Counted from the stretch's first letter, positions 8,893-18,868 are shown. The stretch is DNA of 40,725 nucleotides from an uncultured Bacilli bacterium (GCA_944350325.1 CALVOS010000030.1:1-40725), one strand, 5' to 3'. The notes: a model not told the origin generated them from the sequence alone. Made by a program: numbers and translations.

Positions 8893-11869
8893 CCTCGTCC
8901 CCTCCCTTCAAGTCGATCTTTCCGATTCCCTGGTGAAAGTCCTTCCCCTGGAAGTCCGGCCCGAAACGTCGGAAGAAATCCCTTCTCGCGTAGCAGACGT
9001 CCTGGAAGGAGCAATCCTTGCAGGCGATGTAGGAGAGCGCCTTCCTGCCCTTTCTCCTAGTTCCCGAGGAGGATCCTTCTCCTTCGTTTCCCTCCGAGTC
9101 CTCCTCGTCCTCGCCAAGCTCGCCCTCCTCGGCGAGACGATCGTCGATCGCGTCGATGTTGAGGCAGAGCGGAGCGATGGGGAAGGCCCAGGCGGAGATG
9201 AGCTCCTCGGCAAGGATGCTGACCTCGGGGACGGAGGGAAGGTAGCCCCCTTCCTCCAGGATCCCGACGGGCCCTACGAGCCCTTCGAGCTCCTCGATGG
9301 AAAGGTCGGCCTCTCCCGGGCTCGCGATCTTCCAATCCGGGGCGCCCGCCTTCCGTTCTTCCTTGTTCGTAGGCTTGATGCCGGCGATCCAGGACGAGGA
9401 CCCTTTCCCGAGGACGAAGGGAGAATCCAGGATAGAGGGGTCGAAAGGACCTTGGAATTTCAGTTTTCTGGTCACTTCCTGGTAGGCGGCTCCCTCGCCT
9501 TTCGCTTCCCGTGGGAACTCCTTGTCGTAGACGTGGGCGACGAACATCCCGAGCAGGCGGTCCTCCGGAGAGAGGACGCGGGTCCTCGTCCCGCTCCGAT
9601 GGACCACTTCCCCGTCCTTCCGTCCCCAATAGGCATAGATCGGGAGCTGGAGGGAAAGCCCCGCCCGATAGCGATCGAGCGAGAAGGAATAGGAGCCCGT
9701 CTTGTAGTCCACGACGAGGAAGTCCTTCCCTCCCATTGGATTCGATACGGACAAAACGGCGTCGAACCTGCCCTTCAGGGGGTAGTTCCCTCCCTTGATG
9801 GAGGAGGGAATCTCGAAGGCGCCTTCGCTCACGACGTGGAGCTCATGCTTGGCGAGATGGTCGAAGTAGTCTTTGTAGCCGCGGACGATGCTCTCGGCAT
9901 GTTCCTTCTCGATCCGGAGAAGAAGCCGCTCGAGGGCGGTCAATGGAGCGCCCCCCTCCGACCTCTTCGATGCCTCCACGGCAAGCGCGGCTCCCCAGGA
10001 CTCATCGAAATCATATTCTTTCTCCCCGCCATAGGAGAGCCCTAGCTTCTCGAACACCTCGTGGAGGATGTTCCCGAAGCTTAGGTAGAAGCTGGATTCG
10101 AAGGGATCGAGCCTCAGGACGTCCTTTGCGAAGAAAAGGAAGGGGCAGGAGTAGAAATCCTCAAGGGCGCTCGGGGCAAGGGGCTTCCTATAGGGATTGT
10201 CCCGAGGAGCGGAACCTGGGCGCGGGACAAGCGGCAGGAGCCTGATGTCGAAGAGAGGGTAGAGAATCTCGGCGTTCCGCTCGACCTTCGTGAGGTCCAC
10301 GCTGACGCGCCTTCCCGTCGCCTTGTCCACCAGCATCGCGGTGGCCTTGCTGATCGCGCGATCAGGGAAGAGGGCCTCCCCCGGCGCGCCTGGCTCTCCC
10401 GCTCCTTCCTGCCCCTTGCCCGAGAGCAGGCGCTCGCGGTAGGCGGCTAGCTCCTTGCCCTCATAGCCGAAGCGGACATACTCGTCCAGCAGGACGTGAT
10501 AGCGGAGCCTCAGCCCCGCGGAGGAGCGCTCGATGATCCTGGACTCCCCAAGGGGGGCCCCATGCATCTCCCGCGGGAGCTCAGGCAGGAGCGTGGAGCA
10601 GAATCCGGTCCCAGACTCAGAGCGCCTCGCATAGCTAGCCCCGGCGATGTCGCCTCTTTCCTTGAGCGCGAGGAAACGGGAAAGCCATTCCTGATCCTCG
10701 TCCTTCGCCGTCATCAGGGAAAGACGGGCCTTTTCCTCTTCGGAAAGGAGGCCTCCGCGCGGATGGATGCGCGGGTAGCTCCTCAGGTCGCAGGAAATCA
10801 GGAACACATGTGATCCGGGAGGGGCGGAAGGCTCGCCGATCAGGGAAATCCCATGCCTGTACTTAGCATTCCACCGAAGTCGGAGGGAGGACCCGATGTC
10901 GCGGAAAACCCCTTGAATCTCAGATGGAATGCTGGAAATTGAACTAAAGTCGCGTACAAGTGCCTCCATTTCGGAGAAAAGGGAGGCGACTACGGGCGTC
11001 TCGCTCCTTTCCTTGTCCGCGCGAAGCTCCTCGAGAGCCTTAGAGGGCTCCGCCCCCTTCCCTAGCAACTCTAGGAAGTCTTGGTAGAGAGGGTAGGAAG
11101 CAAGGGGGAGGCGGAGGTCCCTCTCCACGGGAATCCCGTAGAGGCCTCCCAGGTCCCCGAGCATGCAGGCGGCTTCCTCGTCCGCCCCATGGACGTATAT
11201 CGTCCCGGGGTCCACGCCCTTGGAAAGGAGGGCCCCGATCTCGTTCAGCGTCCAGTGAACCTCGTCCATGCGGTCCGGAAAGGAACGGACGAAAACATCT
11301 TCCCTCGCTCCAGGATTTCCTGCCGGTGGAGCGAATAGGGGCAAGGAGGCGACGTTCCCGTAGGAGGAGCGTTCCAAGGCTTTCGAGAAGCGAAGGAGCT
11401 CCGAAGGGGCGACGAGCACGGTCCTTCCCCTCAGGTCAAAATCCGGGTCGAGGTTCGCCTCGAGGAGCCCTTCCGCAAGATACTCTCCCTGCTTCGCTCC
11501 CAGGCCAAACAAGGAAAGGCACGAAGGTTCCTTCATCCCGGGACGACAATCTTTCGTCGCACCGAAAGGAATCCGGAGGATATCGACGATTCTGAGGGCG
11601 TCGAGATAGCGAAGCGGCTGAATGCTCCCGGAGGAGTCCGCCCTCCGCGCCTCCAGGGAATCGCGGAAGACCCTTGCTATAAGGTTGGGAACGGCAAGGT
11701 AGCTATAGTTCTCCTCGATTTCTCGGGCAGTCCTCACGATAAGGTCGTATTCCGGATGCCTCACGCCATATTGGATCCAGAAAGCCTTCTCGCCGAAAGG
11801 GACGACCAGGGTGACTGCGCTTCCTGGCCGGGCTCCTTTCAAAGGGAACGAGAACCGGGACCTATCCAT
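8885..11869 (-). CDS. addB: AddB-like PD-(D/E)XK nuclease subunit with Fe-S cysteines
   Basis: APSALEDFYSCPF, FGNILHEVFE, KGRFDAV, VVDYKTG, LQLPIY, CKDCSFQDVC; overlaps the addA start. Confidence 0.82.
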   Translation of the reverse strand: MDRSRFSFPLKGARPGSAVTLVVPFGEKAFWIQYGVRHPEYDLIVRTAREIEENYSYLAVPNLIARVFRDSLEARRADSSGSIQPLRYLDALRIVDILRIPFGATKDCRPGMKEPSCLSLFGLGAKQGEYLAEGLLEANLDPDFDLRGRTVLVAPSELLRFSKALERSSYGNVASLPLFAPPAGNPGAREDVFVRSFPDRMDEVHWTLNEIGALLSKGVDPGTIYVHGADEEAACMLGDLGGLYGIPVERDLRLPLASYPLYQDFLELLGKGAEPSKALEELRADKERSETPVVASLFSEMEALVRDFSSISSIPSEIQGVFRDIGSSLRLRWNAKYRHGISLIGEPSAPPGSHVFLISCDLRSYPRIHPRGGLLSEEEKARLSLMTAKDEDQEWLSRFLALKERGDIAGASYARRSESGTGFCSTLLPELPREMHGAPLGESRIIERSSAGLRLRYHVLLDEYVRFGYEGKELAAYRERLLSGKGQEGAGEPGAPGEALFPDRAISKATAMLVDKATGRRVSVDLTKVERNAEILYPLFDIRLLPLVPRPGSAPRDNPYRKPLAPSALEDFYSCPFLFFAKDVLRLDPFESSFYLSFGNILHEVFEKLGLSYGGEKEYDFDESWGAALAVEASKRSEGGAPLTALERLLLRIEKEHAESIVRGYKDYFDHLAKHELHVVSEGAFEIPSSIKGGNYPLKGRFDAVLSVSNPMGGKDFLVVDYKTGSYSFSLDRYRAGLSLQLPIYAYWGRKDGEVVHRSGTRTRVLSPEDRLLGMFVAHVYDKEFPREAKGEGAAYQEVTRKLKFQGPFDPSILDSPFVLGKGSSSWIAGIKPTNKEERKAGAPDWKIASPGEADLSIEELEGLVGPVGILEEGGYLPSVPEVSILAEELISAWAFPIAPLCLNIDAIDDRLAEEGELGEDEEDSEGNEGEGSSSGTRRKGRKALSYIACKDCSFQDVCYARRDFFRRFGPDFQGKDFHQGIGKIDLKGGDEDA

Positions 11870-12170
11870 GATTCAACTTTCCTTACAAGGATTTGGCTCT
11901 ATCATTAGGGACCAATGAATCTGCGGATACCCAGAGAAAACGCTGTTCTCATCGAACATTCGCTTCAGAGAAGCCAAAATCCCGAAGCTCCCGAGACATG
12001 TGTTTCCAAAGAACATGGACGAGCGAGGAAACGTCTCGAGGCATCTCCCCCTTACTCCCTTTAGAAGCCCAGAGCGAGGGGAATCCCGCCAAAACAAAAT
12101 CCCGTCAATAAGCGCCTTAAGGAACGAAATGACAGGACTCCTCATTGCCACATCTACTTCTACGTACGCC

Positions 12171-13466
12171 TTAGCGAAGCCGGCTCGCCAAGAGACGCTC
12201 GATGTCCGGAATCTCCTTGATGATGCCCGCGGAGAGGTTCTCGCATCCATCCTCCGTGATGAGGAGGTCGTCCTCGATGCGGATCCCAATCCCTAGGTCC
12301 GCGAAGTAGAGTCCGGGCTCGTCGGAGATGATCGCCCCGGGCTCGAGAGGGACATCCCGGTAGCTGACTCCCTCCTCCGCGGGGACATAGGGGTCATGGG
12401 TGTCAAGGCCGATGAAGTGGGAGACGCTATGGAAGTAGACCTCGGAAACCTCATCCTTCGAGGAAAGGAACCCGCGGCTCACAAGCGCGTCCCCGTAGAA
12501 ATCGATGACCATCTGGTTCAATTGCCGGATCGTAAGCCCCGGACGCGCGTTCTTGATGATCATCTTGTTCGCCTCAAGGACGATGGAATAGAGCTCCTTC
12601 CTCGTTCCCTCGAACTTTCCCGAGACGGGGAAGGTGCGCGAGATATCGGCGTTGTAGTAGTTGTACCTGGCGCCGAGGTCCATGAGCACGAGGTCCTCCT
12701 CCCCCAGTTCCCCGAGGGGATCCGGGTAATGGAGGATGGTGGCGTTCCTGCCCGAGGCCATGATGGTGTTGAAGCTCAGTCCCTGATAGCCGGAAAGATC
12801 GTTGATCTCGTGAAGGAAGGCGTCGGCGAGCTCCCACTCCTTCCGGCCAGGCCGGATAAGGGTGGCGACCTTGAGGATGCCCCTGTTCGTGATGTCGATC
12901 GCCTTCCTCAGCTCGTCGGTCTCGGCGTTGCTCTTCCGCAGGCGCAGGGCGGTGAGGAGGGGCTGGCAGTCGACAATCGAAAGGCTGGGAAACTTGGCCC
13001 CAAGCCCAGAGGCAAGCTCCCTCGTGGACGTCATGGGGGCGATCTTCAGCTCGGGTTCAAGGTCGAGATAGAGGGTGTCGACGAAGCCGAACTCCTCCAT
13101 GGAAGGATCAAGGGTCCCCTCGACGAAAGCCTCCATGGTCGTCGTCGACATAACGTTCAGCACCCCGCTGATCCTCGCCCCTTCCTCCGGGGCGAGGCGG
13201 CGGCCGTACCACTTCTCCTTCGTCTTGTCCGCGGGAGGAAGGAAGAGGTATTCCTTCCCTTCCCCGCCTTCCTTCACGAGGAAAAGGGCGCTTCCTTCCT
13301 GGCGGATCCCGGTCAGGTAGAGGAAGTTCCGGTTCGGCTCGAAGGGATAGCTATCGTCCGCGGAGCTTTTCTTCGCCTCGCCGGCGAAGAGGAGGAGGGC
13401 GCTATCCGCCCCCATGAGGCTGAGGAGGCGCTCCCTCCTCGCACGAAATTCCCTATCTTCGATCAT
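12171..13466 (-). CDS. pepP: Xaa-Pro aminopeptidase (M24B)
   Basis: NRNFLYLTG, LHY, DLGA..YNADISRTFP, HSVSHFIGLDTHD, EPGLY, GIRIEDD. Confidence 0.92.
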   Translation of the reverse strand: MIEDREFRARRERLLSLMGADSALLLFAGEAKKSSADDSYPFEPNRNFLYLTGIRQEGSALFLVKEGGEGKEYLFLPPADKTKEKWYGRRLAPEEGARISGVLNVMSTTTMEAFVEGTLDPSMEEFGFVDTLYLDLEPELKIAPMTSTRELASGLGAKFPSLSIVDCQPLLTALRLRKSNAETDELRKAIDITNRGILKVATLIRPGRKEWELADAFLHEINDLSGYQGLSFNTIMASGRNATILHYPDPLGELGEEDLVLMDLGARYNYYNADISRTFPVSGKFEGTRKELYSIVLEANKMIIKNARPGLTIRQLNQMVIDFYGDALVSRGFLSSKDEVSEVYFHSVSHFIGLDTHDPYVPAEEGVSYRDVPLEPGAIISDEPGLYFADLGIGIRIEDDLLITEDGCENLSAGIIKEIPDIERLLASRLR

Positions 13467-14071
13467 TCGATTTCCTCCACGAGGGCGACCGCCCGTTCCT
13501 CAAGGCGCCTTAAGGAAGGGAGGCGGACCCCTTCCAGGAACGCCGGAAGAATTTTAGCGCTTCCGCGAAGAAGGAAGCGAACCGACATGCCGAACTCCAG
13601 GCCCTGGACCAGGATCCCGCGGGAACGGGCGAGGTTCTCCATCTCCGCGAAATCCTTGTAGTTCGCGCTCATCTCGCACTCGATTCCCTTCTCTGTCCTA
13701 CCGAACCTAGCGCTTTCCATCGCCAGGCGCCCGGCCGCATCGTAGGCATGCATGAGACGTCCTGCCCCAAGGAGGACGCCGCCGAAATAGCGGGTCACCA
13801 TGAGAATCCCCCCATCGACGTCCTTCCCCCGAAGAAGCGAAAGGAGGGGCGCGCCCGCGCTCCCCCTCGGCTCGCCGTCGTCGGAGGATTTCTCCAAGGA
13901 AGCAAGGCGCAGGGCGTAGGCGACATGGCGGGCACCAGGATTCCTTGCCCGTTCCTCCTCAAGGAAGGAAAGCGCCTCCCCTTCCTCATGGATCGGCAGG
14001 AGGCGCGAAAGGAAGCGCGAGCGAAGGACGGCGACCTCGCCCCGGCCCTCGGAAAGGGGGAGGAGGCTCAT
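13463..14071 (-). CDS. yigZ: YigZ/IMPACT family protein
   Basis: SRFLS, ARHVAYA, SSDDGEPRGSAGAP, VTRYFGGVLLGAGRL; ATGA-coupled on both sides. Confidence 0.9.
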   Translation of the reverse strand: MSLLPLSEGRGEVAVLRSRFLSRLLPIHEEGEALSFLEEERARNPGARHVAYALRLASLEKSSDDGEPRGSAGAPLLSLLRGKDVDGGILMVTRYFGGVLLGAGRLMHAYDAAGRLAMESARFGRTEKGIECEMSANYKDFAEMENLARSRGILVQGLEFGMSVRFLLRGSAKILPAFLEGVRLPSLRRLEERAVALVEEIE

Positions 14072-17000
14072 GCCCCCTCTCCCGGGCGAAGCCAGTCGGG
14101 AAGCTCGATGCCCGGGAACATCTCCTCGATCGTGTCCCAGACGTCCTCCGGGACCTGCTCAACGTAGTCCCCGACGTCCTCGGGGAGGTCGTCCGGCGAG
14201 GGGGCAAAGGAAAGCAGGGCCTCCTCAAGGGCGTCCGAGAAGGAGTCGTAGGGGGTCATCTTCCCGGCCTGGACGTCTTCCTCAGAGTGGAAGACCTCGC
14301 TCTCCTCCATGGAGGAAAGCAGGGACCTCGCGTTATAGCGCACGAGGCCGACCGCGATGTCGGGGTTCTCGACGAAGTAGTCCTTCGTAAGGCGGTTCTC
14401 CAGGGAGCCCTGATCGGAAACGAACCCGTAGACCGGGTCGACAAGGCAGCGCATCATGTCGACGAGGTTCCCGCATTCCTTCTCGACGAAGGAAAGGTGG
14501 GCGGGGTCGCGGTAGTCCCCGGAAAGAAGGTCGATGCGGGCGTTCTCGAATCCCTCGAAGCCGCCTTCGACCATCGCTTTCGAGAACTGCGAGAAGAAGT
14601 TCGGGATCATCGCCGGGCCGAAGGCCTTCGAATGGACGATGAGATCAAGCGCGCGACTTACGAAATCGATGTTCACGAAAGTGAGGTTCTGATCTTCGAT
14701 GAAGAAGGTCATCGAGGACACCTGCTCCATGCAGTAGAGGATATCCCCGATCGTCTCGGCCTCCTCCAGCCATTCCTCTCTCGTCATCGACTCGACGCTC
14801 GCGCGGAAGGTCTCGAAGGTGTAGGTGGGATTCCCGTCCTCGCCGAGCTGGGGGTCGAGGTCGGCAAAGAGCGAGGGGATGGAGCCGAGGTCCATCGTTT
14901 CGAAGCAGCGGATCATCTCCTCGGCAAGGAAGCGCGAGAAGCCATACTCCCCGTCCGTGTCGAAGAGGCTCGTCTGGCTCAGCCCTCCGACGAGCAGGCG
15001 GATGGCGTCGGGGTCGCTATTGAAGTAATCGATGGAGTCGAGGTCGGAAAGATACCTCGCCCCCTCCAGCGCACGGTCGAGCGCGAGACCTTCCCTGGCC
15101 CAGTCCTCGATGTTCGCGAAGGAGGCCCGCCCGCCGAGGAACGTCCCGGCAAGGACGTTTTCGTCAAGGAAGGAGGTCACGGCAAGGGAGAGGATGCGGC
15201 TCTCCCCGAGGGCGCCGAAGAGATCCTCGAAAGACAGGTTCGCGTAGTCGCCCAGGTTTGTCCCGGACATGATCACCATGAGGGCGTCCTGGCGATCCAG
15301 CTCCTCGACCACCCCCACGATGGAGGAAATCTCGCCCGTGATGTCGAAGGAGGGATCCCTTAGAACGGCGGAAGCCTCCTTCACAGAGTCCCCGAGGAGC
15401 GGGGTGAGGAAGGTCTCGAGAAGGCCCGCGATGTTCTGGTTGGCGAGAACCTCGCCATCCTGCTCCATCGTAGGATTGAGGACAGGCGAGGAGGCGATGG
15501 CGATGAGAAGGGTCCGGAACTCGTCTCCGTAGGAGGCGAGCCTCCGGAAGACGGCGCTCGTCTGCCCGCCGGTCGAAAGGCTCAGGGAGCCCATCCCCAT
15601 GAGATAGATGACGAGCCCTTGGGAATCGCGGTAGGCCGCGACGATCTTCGAGAGCTCGCTCCCGAGGTTCTCCACGTCAAGGTCGATCCCTGCCCGGAAG
15701 CCGAGGGCCTGAAGGGGAGAATCCTCTCCGGAGAGCATCCCGGAGAAGGAGGAGGAGAGCACCTCGGTTGCGATGAGGGAGCTGTCCATCCTGAGGAGGG
15801 CGGAGTCCAGGGCATCGAGAAGCCCGTCCTCGACCCCAAGGAGGGTTCCTTCCGGATCCACGTAGATTCCGGGCTGCGACTCGATGTCCTTGAGGAAGGC
15901 CTTCCCTTCCGGAACCTGGCAGAAGGAATCGACGATCGAAAGGAGGCTCCTCATCTCGTCCTGGATCCTCTTCATGGAAGGCGCGATCCCCTCCTCGCCC
16001 TCCTGCGGCCGGAGCGTATCGATGGCAAGGGAAAGGTCGGTCTCCATCCCCTCGCCCATATCGTTCATGGACTTCTCGAGCATCTCGAGGAGCTTCGGCA
16101 TCCCGCGGCAGAGGAGCTCCGAGCCAAGGAGAGAGGAAGAGGCCTCCTCCTCGTCGGCGCCCGCGATAATGGAGACCATCTCCGCGCTATGGTCGGCGAT
16201 CAAATCGAGGGCGAGGTCCATGAAATCGACCCCGGCCTCCTCTTCGCCAGGAGAGGAGGGCTCTTCCGTCCCCTCGCCCCCTTCCTCGGTCTTTGGGAAG
16301 AGGATGTCGAGAAGGAGGCCGGGCTCAAGCGCGTTCGCTCGAATGAGGTTGTTATAGAAGATGCCGAGCTCATGGCCCCAGTCGATCGCGAAGAACTCCT
16401 CGGGCACCGCGTCCGGGATCCCGTTCCCGTCCTGGTCCGGCTCATCGAAAGGAGGAAGGAAGTCGATGAGGCCGACCTCCCCGTAGCGATCCTCCTCGGG
16501 CGAGGCCCATTCCTTCGAGGCCATCACGTAGGCGACGGTGGCCAGGAGGTCGTTCACGAGCTCAAGGTCTTTCCCGGAAAGGGAGGAGAAGGTCTCCTCG
16601 AAGGCGGCGTCGAACTTACCGCTGAACGCCTGGTCGACCAGCGCCTCCCCCGCGCCATCCCCCTCTAAGTCGATGTCGTCAAAGAACCCGGAATCCTGGA
16701 ACGAGGAGAGGATGTCCGCGGCGGTGTCGAGGGTCACCTTGTAGTCGAAGGCGTGGAAGTCGATGCCGGCGTCGGTGAGAAGGTAGGTGCTCACCCCGTC
16801 GAAGTGCGTCACGAGGGTCAAGGCGGTCGGGAGGAGCGTGGTCACGAGCCCCGAGTTCCCAAGCGAGCGGATCATGTCCGGGAGGAAGACGGAGGAAAGC
16901 GCGGCAAGGTAGTCGAACGCGCCCCCATCCTCAGGGACGAGCCCGCTCTGGATGAAGAGGGAGAGGAGGTTCCCCCACGCCGGAAGCTCCGAAAGGAAGC

Positions 17001-17937
17001 TCACCGCGCCCTCGTGGCCCATCGTCGCGAAATAGTCGACGAGCTGGGTGTCGATGGTCACCCCGCTCTCGTCCTTGTTCCACGAGAAGAAGGCCTGGGC
17101 GAAGAGGCTTTCCTGGTAGACGTCGAGGAAGCCGTCGATCGTCTGGTACATGCCGTTCTCTTCGAGGAGCCCGACCTCCTCCTCGCTCGGGGAGGCGCTC
17201 TCCCAGCCCTGGGCCAGGGCGTTGAACATGGAGCTCAGCGGGAAGACGACGAGGCAAAGGGAAACGACGCCGCATAGCGCTCCCTCGAGGAGGGAGACGA
17301 GCCTTCCCTTGCGATAGGTCGCCTTCCTGTGCTTGACCTCGTAGTTCCCGTCGGAGCGCAGGCGCCAGAGCGACCTCTTCCTGTAGTAGCGCCTCCGTTC
17401 CTGGAACTTCTCCGGCGTAAGGACCTTCTTCTTCCGGATAAAGATGCGCTTGACGATGAGGTGCCAGAGGAGCCAGGAAAGGAACGCCCAGAGCGTGACA
17501 AGCAGGATTCCTTCCACGAAGAGCAGGACGACCGCGATGAGGGAGTAGGAGAAGTTCTCGGCGATCGTCGCAAGCTCCGAAGGATCGAGGTTCGTCCCAA
17601 GGGCCATGTACACCCTGGAGACGGCCTCGCGGATCATCTCGGAGAGGTTCGTCCACGGAACGACGATCGTCACATCCTCCACGACCACGCTGATCGGCTC
17701 GAGCCCGAGCCCGGAAAGATCAATGCCGCCAATGAAGTCCACCAAGGGGCGAAGGGTGAAGAGGGCAACGAGGGCGAAGCCAACGGTCATGACCAAGTGA
17801 TAGGTACCGTAGCGCCACCCACGGAAGAACCCTCGCAAGGCGGAGTAAATCAGGCAGACGACCAAGAGGGCGAAAAGAAGGATGAGCCCAATTGGGAGGT
17901 ACTGCTCGATGTAGGCGATCGCGCTGTCAAAATCCAT
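14068..17937 (-). CDS. Large (1289 aa) membrane-anchored acidic protein of unknown function
   Basis: Start MDFDSAIAY at 17937, preceded by TGCTAGGAT at 7 nt. About four N-terminal TM segments (GFFRGWRYG), a basic loop, then a long D/E-rich region. Confidence 0.8.
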   Translation of the reverse strand: MDFDSAIAYIEQYLPIGLILLFALLVVCLIYSALRGFFRGWRYGTYHLVMTVGFALVALFTLRPLVDFIGGIDLSGLGLEPISVVVEDVTIVVPWTNLSEMIREAVSRVYMALGTNLDPSELATIAENFSYSLIAVVLLFVEGILLVTLWAFLSWLLWHLIVKRIFIRKKKVLTPEKFQERRRYYRKRSLWRLRSDGNYEVKHRKATYRKGRLVSLLEGALCGVVSLCLVVFPLSSMFNALAQGWESASPSEEEVGLLEENGMYQTIDGFLDVYQESLFAQAFFSWNKDESGVTIDTQLVDYFATMGHEGAVSFLSELPAWGNLLSLFIQSGLVPEDGGAFDYLAALSSVFLPDMIRSLGNSGLVTTLLPTALTLVTHFDGVSTYLLTDAGIDFHAFDYKVTLDTAADILSSFQDSGFFDDIDLEGDGAGEALVDQAFSGKFDAAFEETFSSLSGKDLELVNDLLATVAYVMASKEWASPEEDRYGEVGLIDFLPPFDEPDQDGNGIPDAVPEEFFAIDWGHELGIFYNNLIRANALEPGLLLDILFPKTEEGGEGTEEPSSPGEEEAGVDFMDLALDLIADHSAEMVSIIAGADEEEASSSLLGSELLCRGMPKLLEMLEKSMNDMGEGMETDLSLAIDTLRPQEGEEGIAPSMKRIQDEMRSLLSIVDSFCQVPEGKAFLKDIESQPGIYVDPEGTLLGVEDGLLDALDSALLRMDSSLIATEVLSSSFSGMLSGEDSPLQALGFRAGIDLDVENLGSELSKIVAAYRDSQGLVIYLMGMGSLSLSTGGQTSAVFRRLASYGDEFRTLLIAIASSPVLNPTMEQDGEVLANQNIAGLLETFLTPLLGDSVKEASAVLRDPSFDITGEISSIVGVVEELDRQDALMVIMSGTNLGDYANLSFEDLFGALGESRILSLAVTSFLDENVLAGTFLGGRASFANIEDWAREGLALDRALEGARYLSDLDSIDYFNSDPDAIRLLVGGLSQTSLFDTDGEYGFSRFLAEEMIRCFETMDLGSIPSLFADLDPQLGEDGNPTYTFETFRASVESMTREEWLEEAETIGDILYCMEQVSSMTFFIEDQNLTFVNIDFVSRALDLIVHSKAFGPAMIPNFFSQFSKAMVEGGFEGFENARIDLLSGDYRDPAHLSFVEKECGNLVDMMRCLVDPVYGFVSDQGSLENRLTKDYFVENPDIAVGLVRYNARSLLSSMEESEVFHSEEDVQAGKMTPYDSFSDALEEALLSFAPSPDDLPEDVGDYVEQVPEDVWDTIEEMFPGIELPDWLRPGEGA

Positions 17938-17985
17938 GCTTCTTATCCTAGCAGGATAAGCGCCTCGCGTGCGACAATAACCGCC
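17938..17985. promoter_or_regulatory. 48-bp divergent promoter region with two extended -10 elements and an 8-bp inverted repeat
   Basis: Minus strand TGC-TAGGAT (17953-17945); plus strand TGC-GACAAT (17970-17978); CTTATCCT-AGC-AGGATAAG (17942-17960). Confidence 0.6.
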
Positions 17986-18867
17986 ATGCAATGGGATTGG
18001 GCTAAGCAGTGGCTTGACGGATTCCGGCCCCATAAGTGCCCGGAGTGCGGGGCGGAGAGCGACCCGACGGAGACGAAGTGCCCTCGCTGCGGGAAGGACT
18101 TCGAGGCAACTCCCTTCATGCGCTCCTCCCGGAACCTTACCTTCCTCGGCGCCCCGAAGGAGCTTGCGCTCTCCCTCGGCGGATACGTCCTCCTCATGTT
18201 CGTGTCCCTCGTAGTGAGCCTCGCCGTGACCGCCCTCGCCCAGAGCGTCCTGTGGCAAGGGGGCCTCACGGGAGCCGCCCTTTCCGAGGCGCTATCGAAA
18301 TACCTTTCGAGCAGCTCCGCCCTCGCGCTGGTGAACTATTCCTCCTACGCGATCTTCCTTCTTCTTCTCGCCCTGTTCCTTTGGAAAGACTGGCCGAGGA
18401 TCCTGAAAAGCTTTCATTCTAAGAGGGTTTTGCTAGGATTTGCCTTTGGTGTCGGGCTTTTCCTCCTAAGCCTCGCCCTGTCCTCGCTCCTTGCGATATG
18501 GGCGGAGCCAAGCCAGAACCAGGAGACGAACGACCTCATGACGAAGGACTTCCCGGTCCTCGTCTTCCTGATGACGGTGTTCGTCGTCCCCATCGCTGAG
18601 GAGGCGATATACCGGCTCGGTCTCTTCTCCTTCCTCAAGAGGGTCAGCCCGATCCTCGCCTATGTCCTTGGCGCCATCCTCTTCGCCATGGTCCACATGC
18701 ATGACCTCTCTTCGGCGAACGAATGGCTCAACTTCCCCGTCTATCTCCTGGGCGGAGCGGTCCTTTGCGCCGCCTACGACCACTCCGGCATCGGAGGCTC
18801 CTACCTCGCGCACGCCACGTACAACGCGCTGGCGATCACGATCAACCTCATTGGGATCTTCGCCTGA
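17986..18867 (+). CDS. CPBP (CAAX protease/Abi family) intramembrane metalloprotease with N-terminal zinc ribbon
   Basis: CPECG...CPRCG zinc ribbon; motifs EEAIYR, FAMVH, HATYN. Confidence 0.88.
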   Translation: MQWDWAKQWLDGFRPHKCPECGAESDPTETKCPRCGKDFEATPFMRSSRNLTFLGAPKELALSLGGYVLLMFVSLVVSLAVTALAQSVLWQGGLTGAALSEALSKYLSSSSALALVNYSSYAIFLLLLALFLWKDWPRILKSFHSKRVLLGFAFGVGLFLLSLALSSLLAIWAEPSQNQETNDLMTKDFPVLVFLMTVFVVPIAEEAIYRLGLFSFLKRVSPILAYVLGAILFAMVHMHDLSSANEWLNFPVYLLGGAVLCAAYDHSGIGGSYLAHATYNALAITINLIGIFA

Positions 18868-18868
18868 T

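Noticed and set aside
12020-12112. GAGGAAACGTC and ACAAAATCCCG resemble conserved RNase P RNA segments
   Set aside because: The matches are imperfect and only about 70 nt apart, far too short for RNase P RNA; no tmRNA or SRP hallmarks either.
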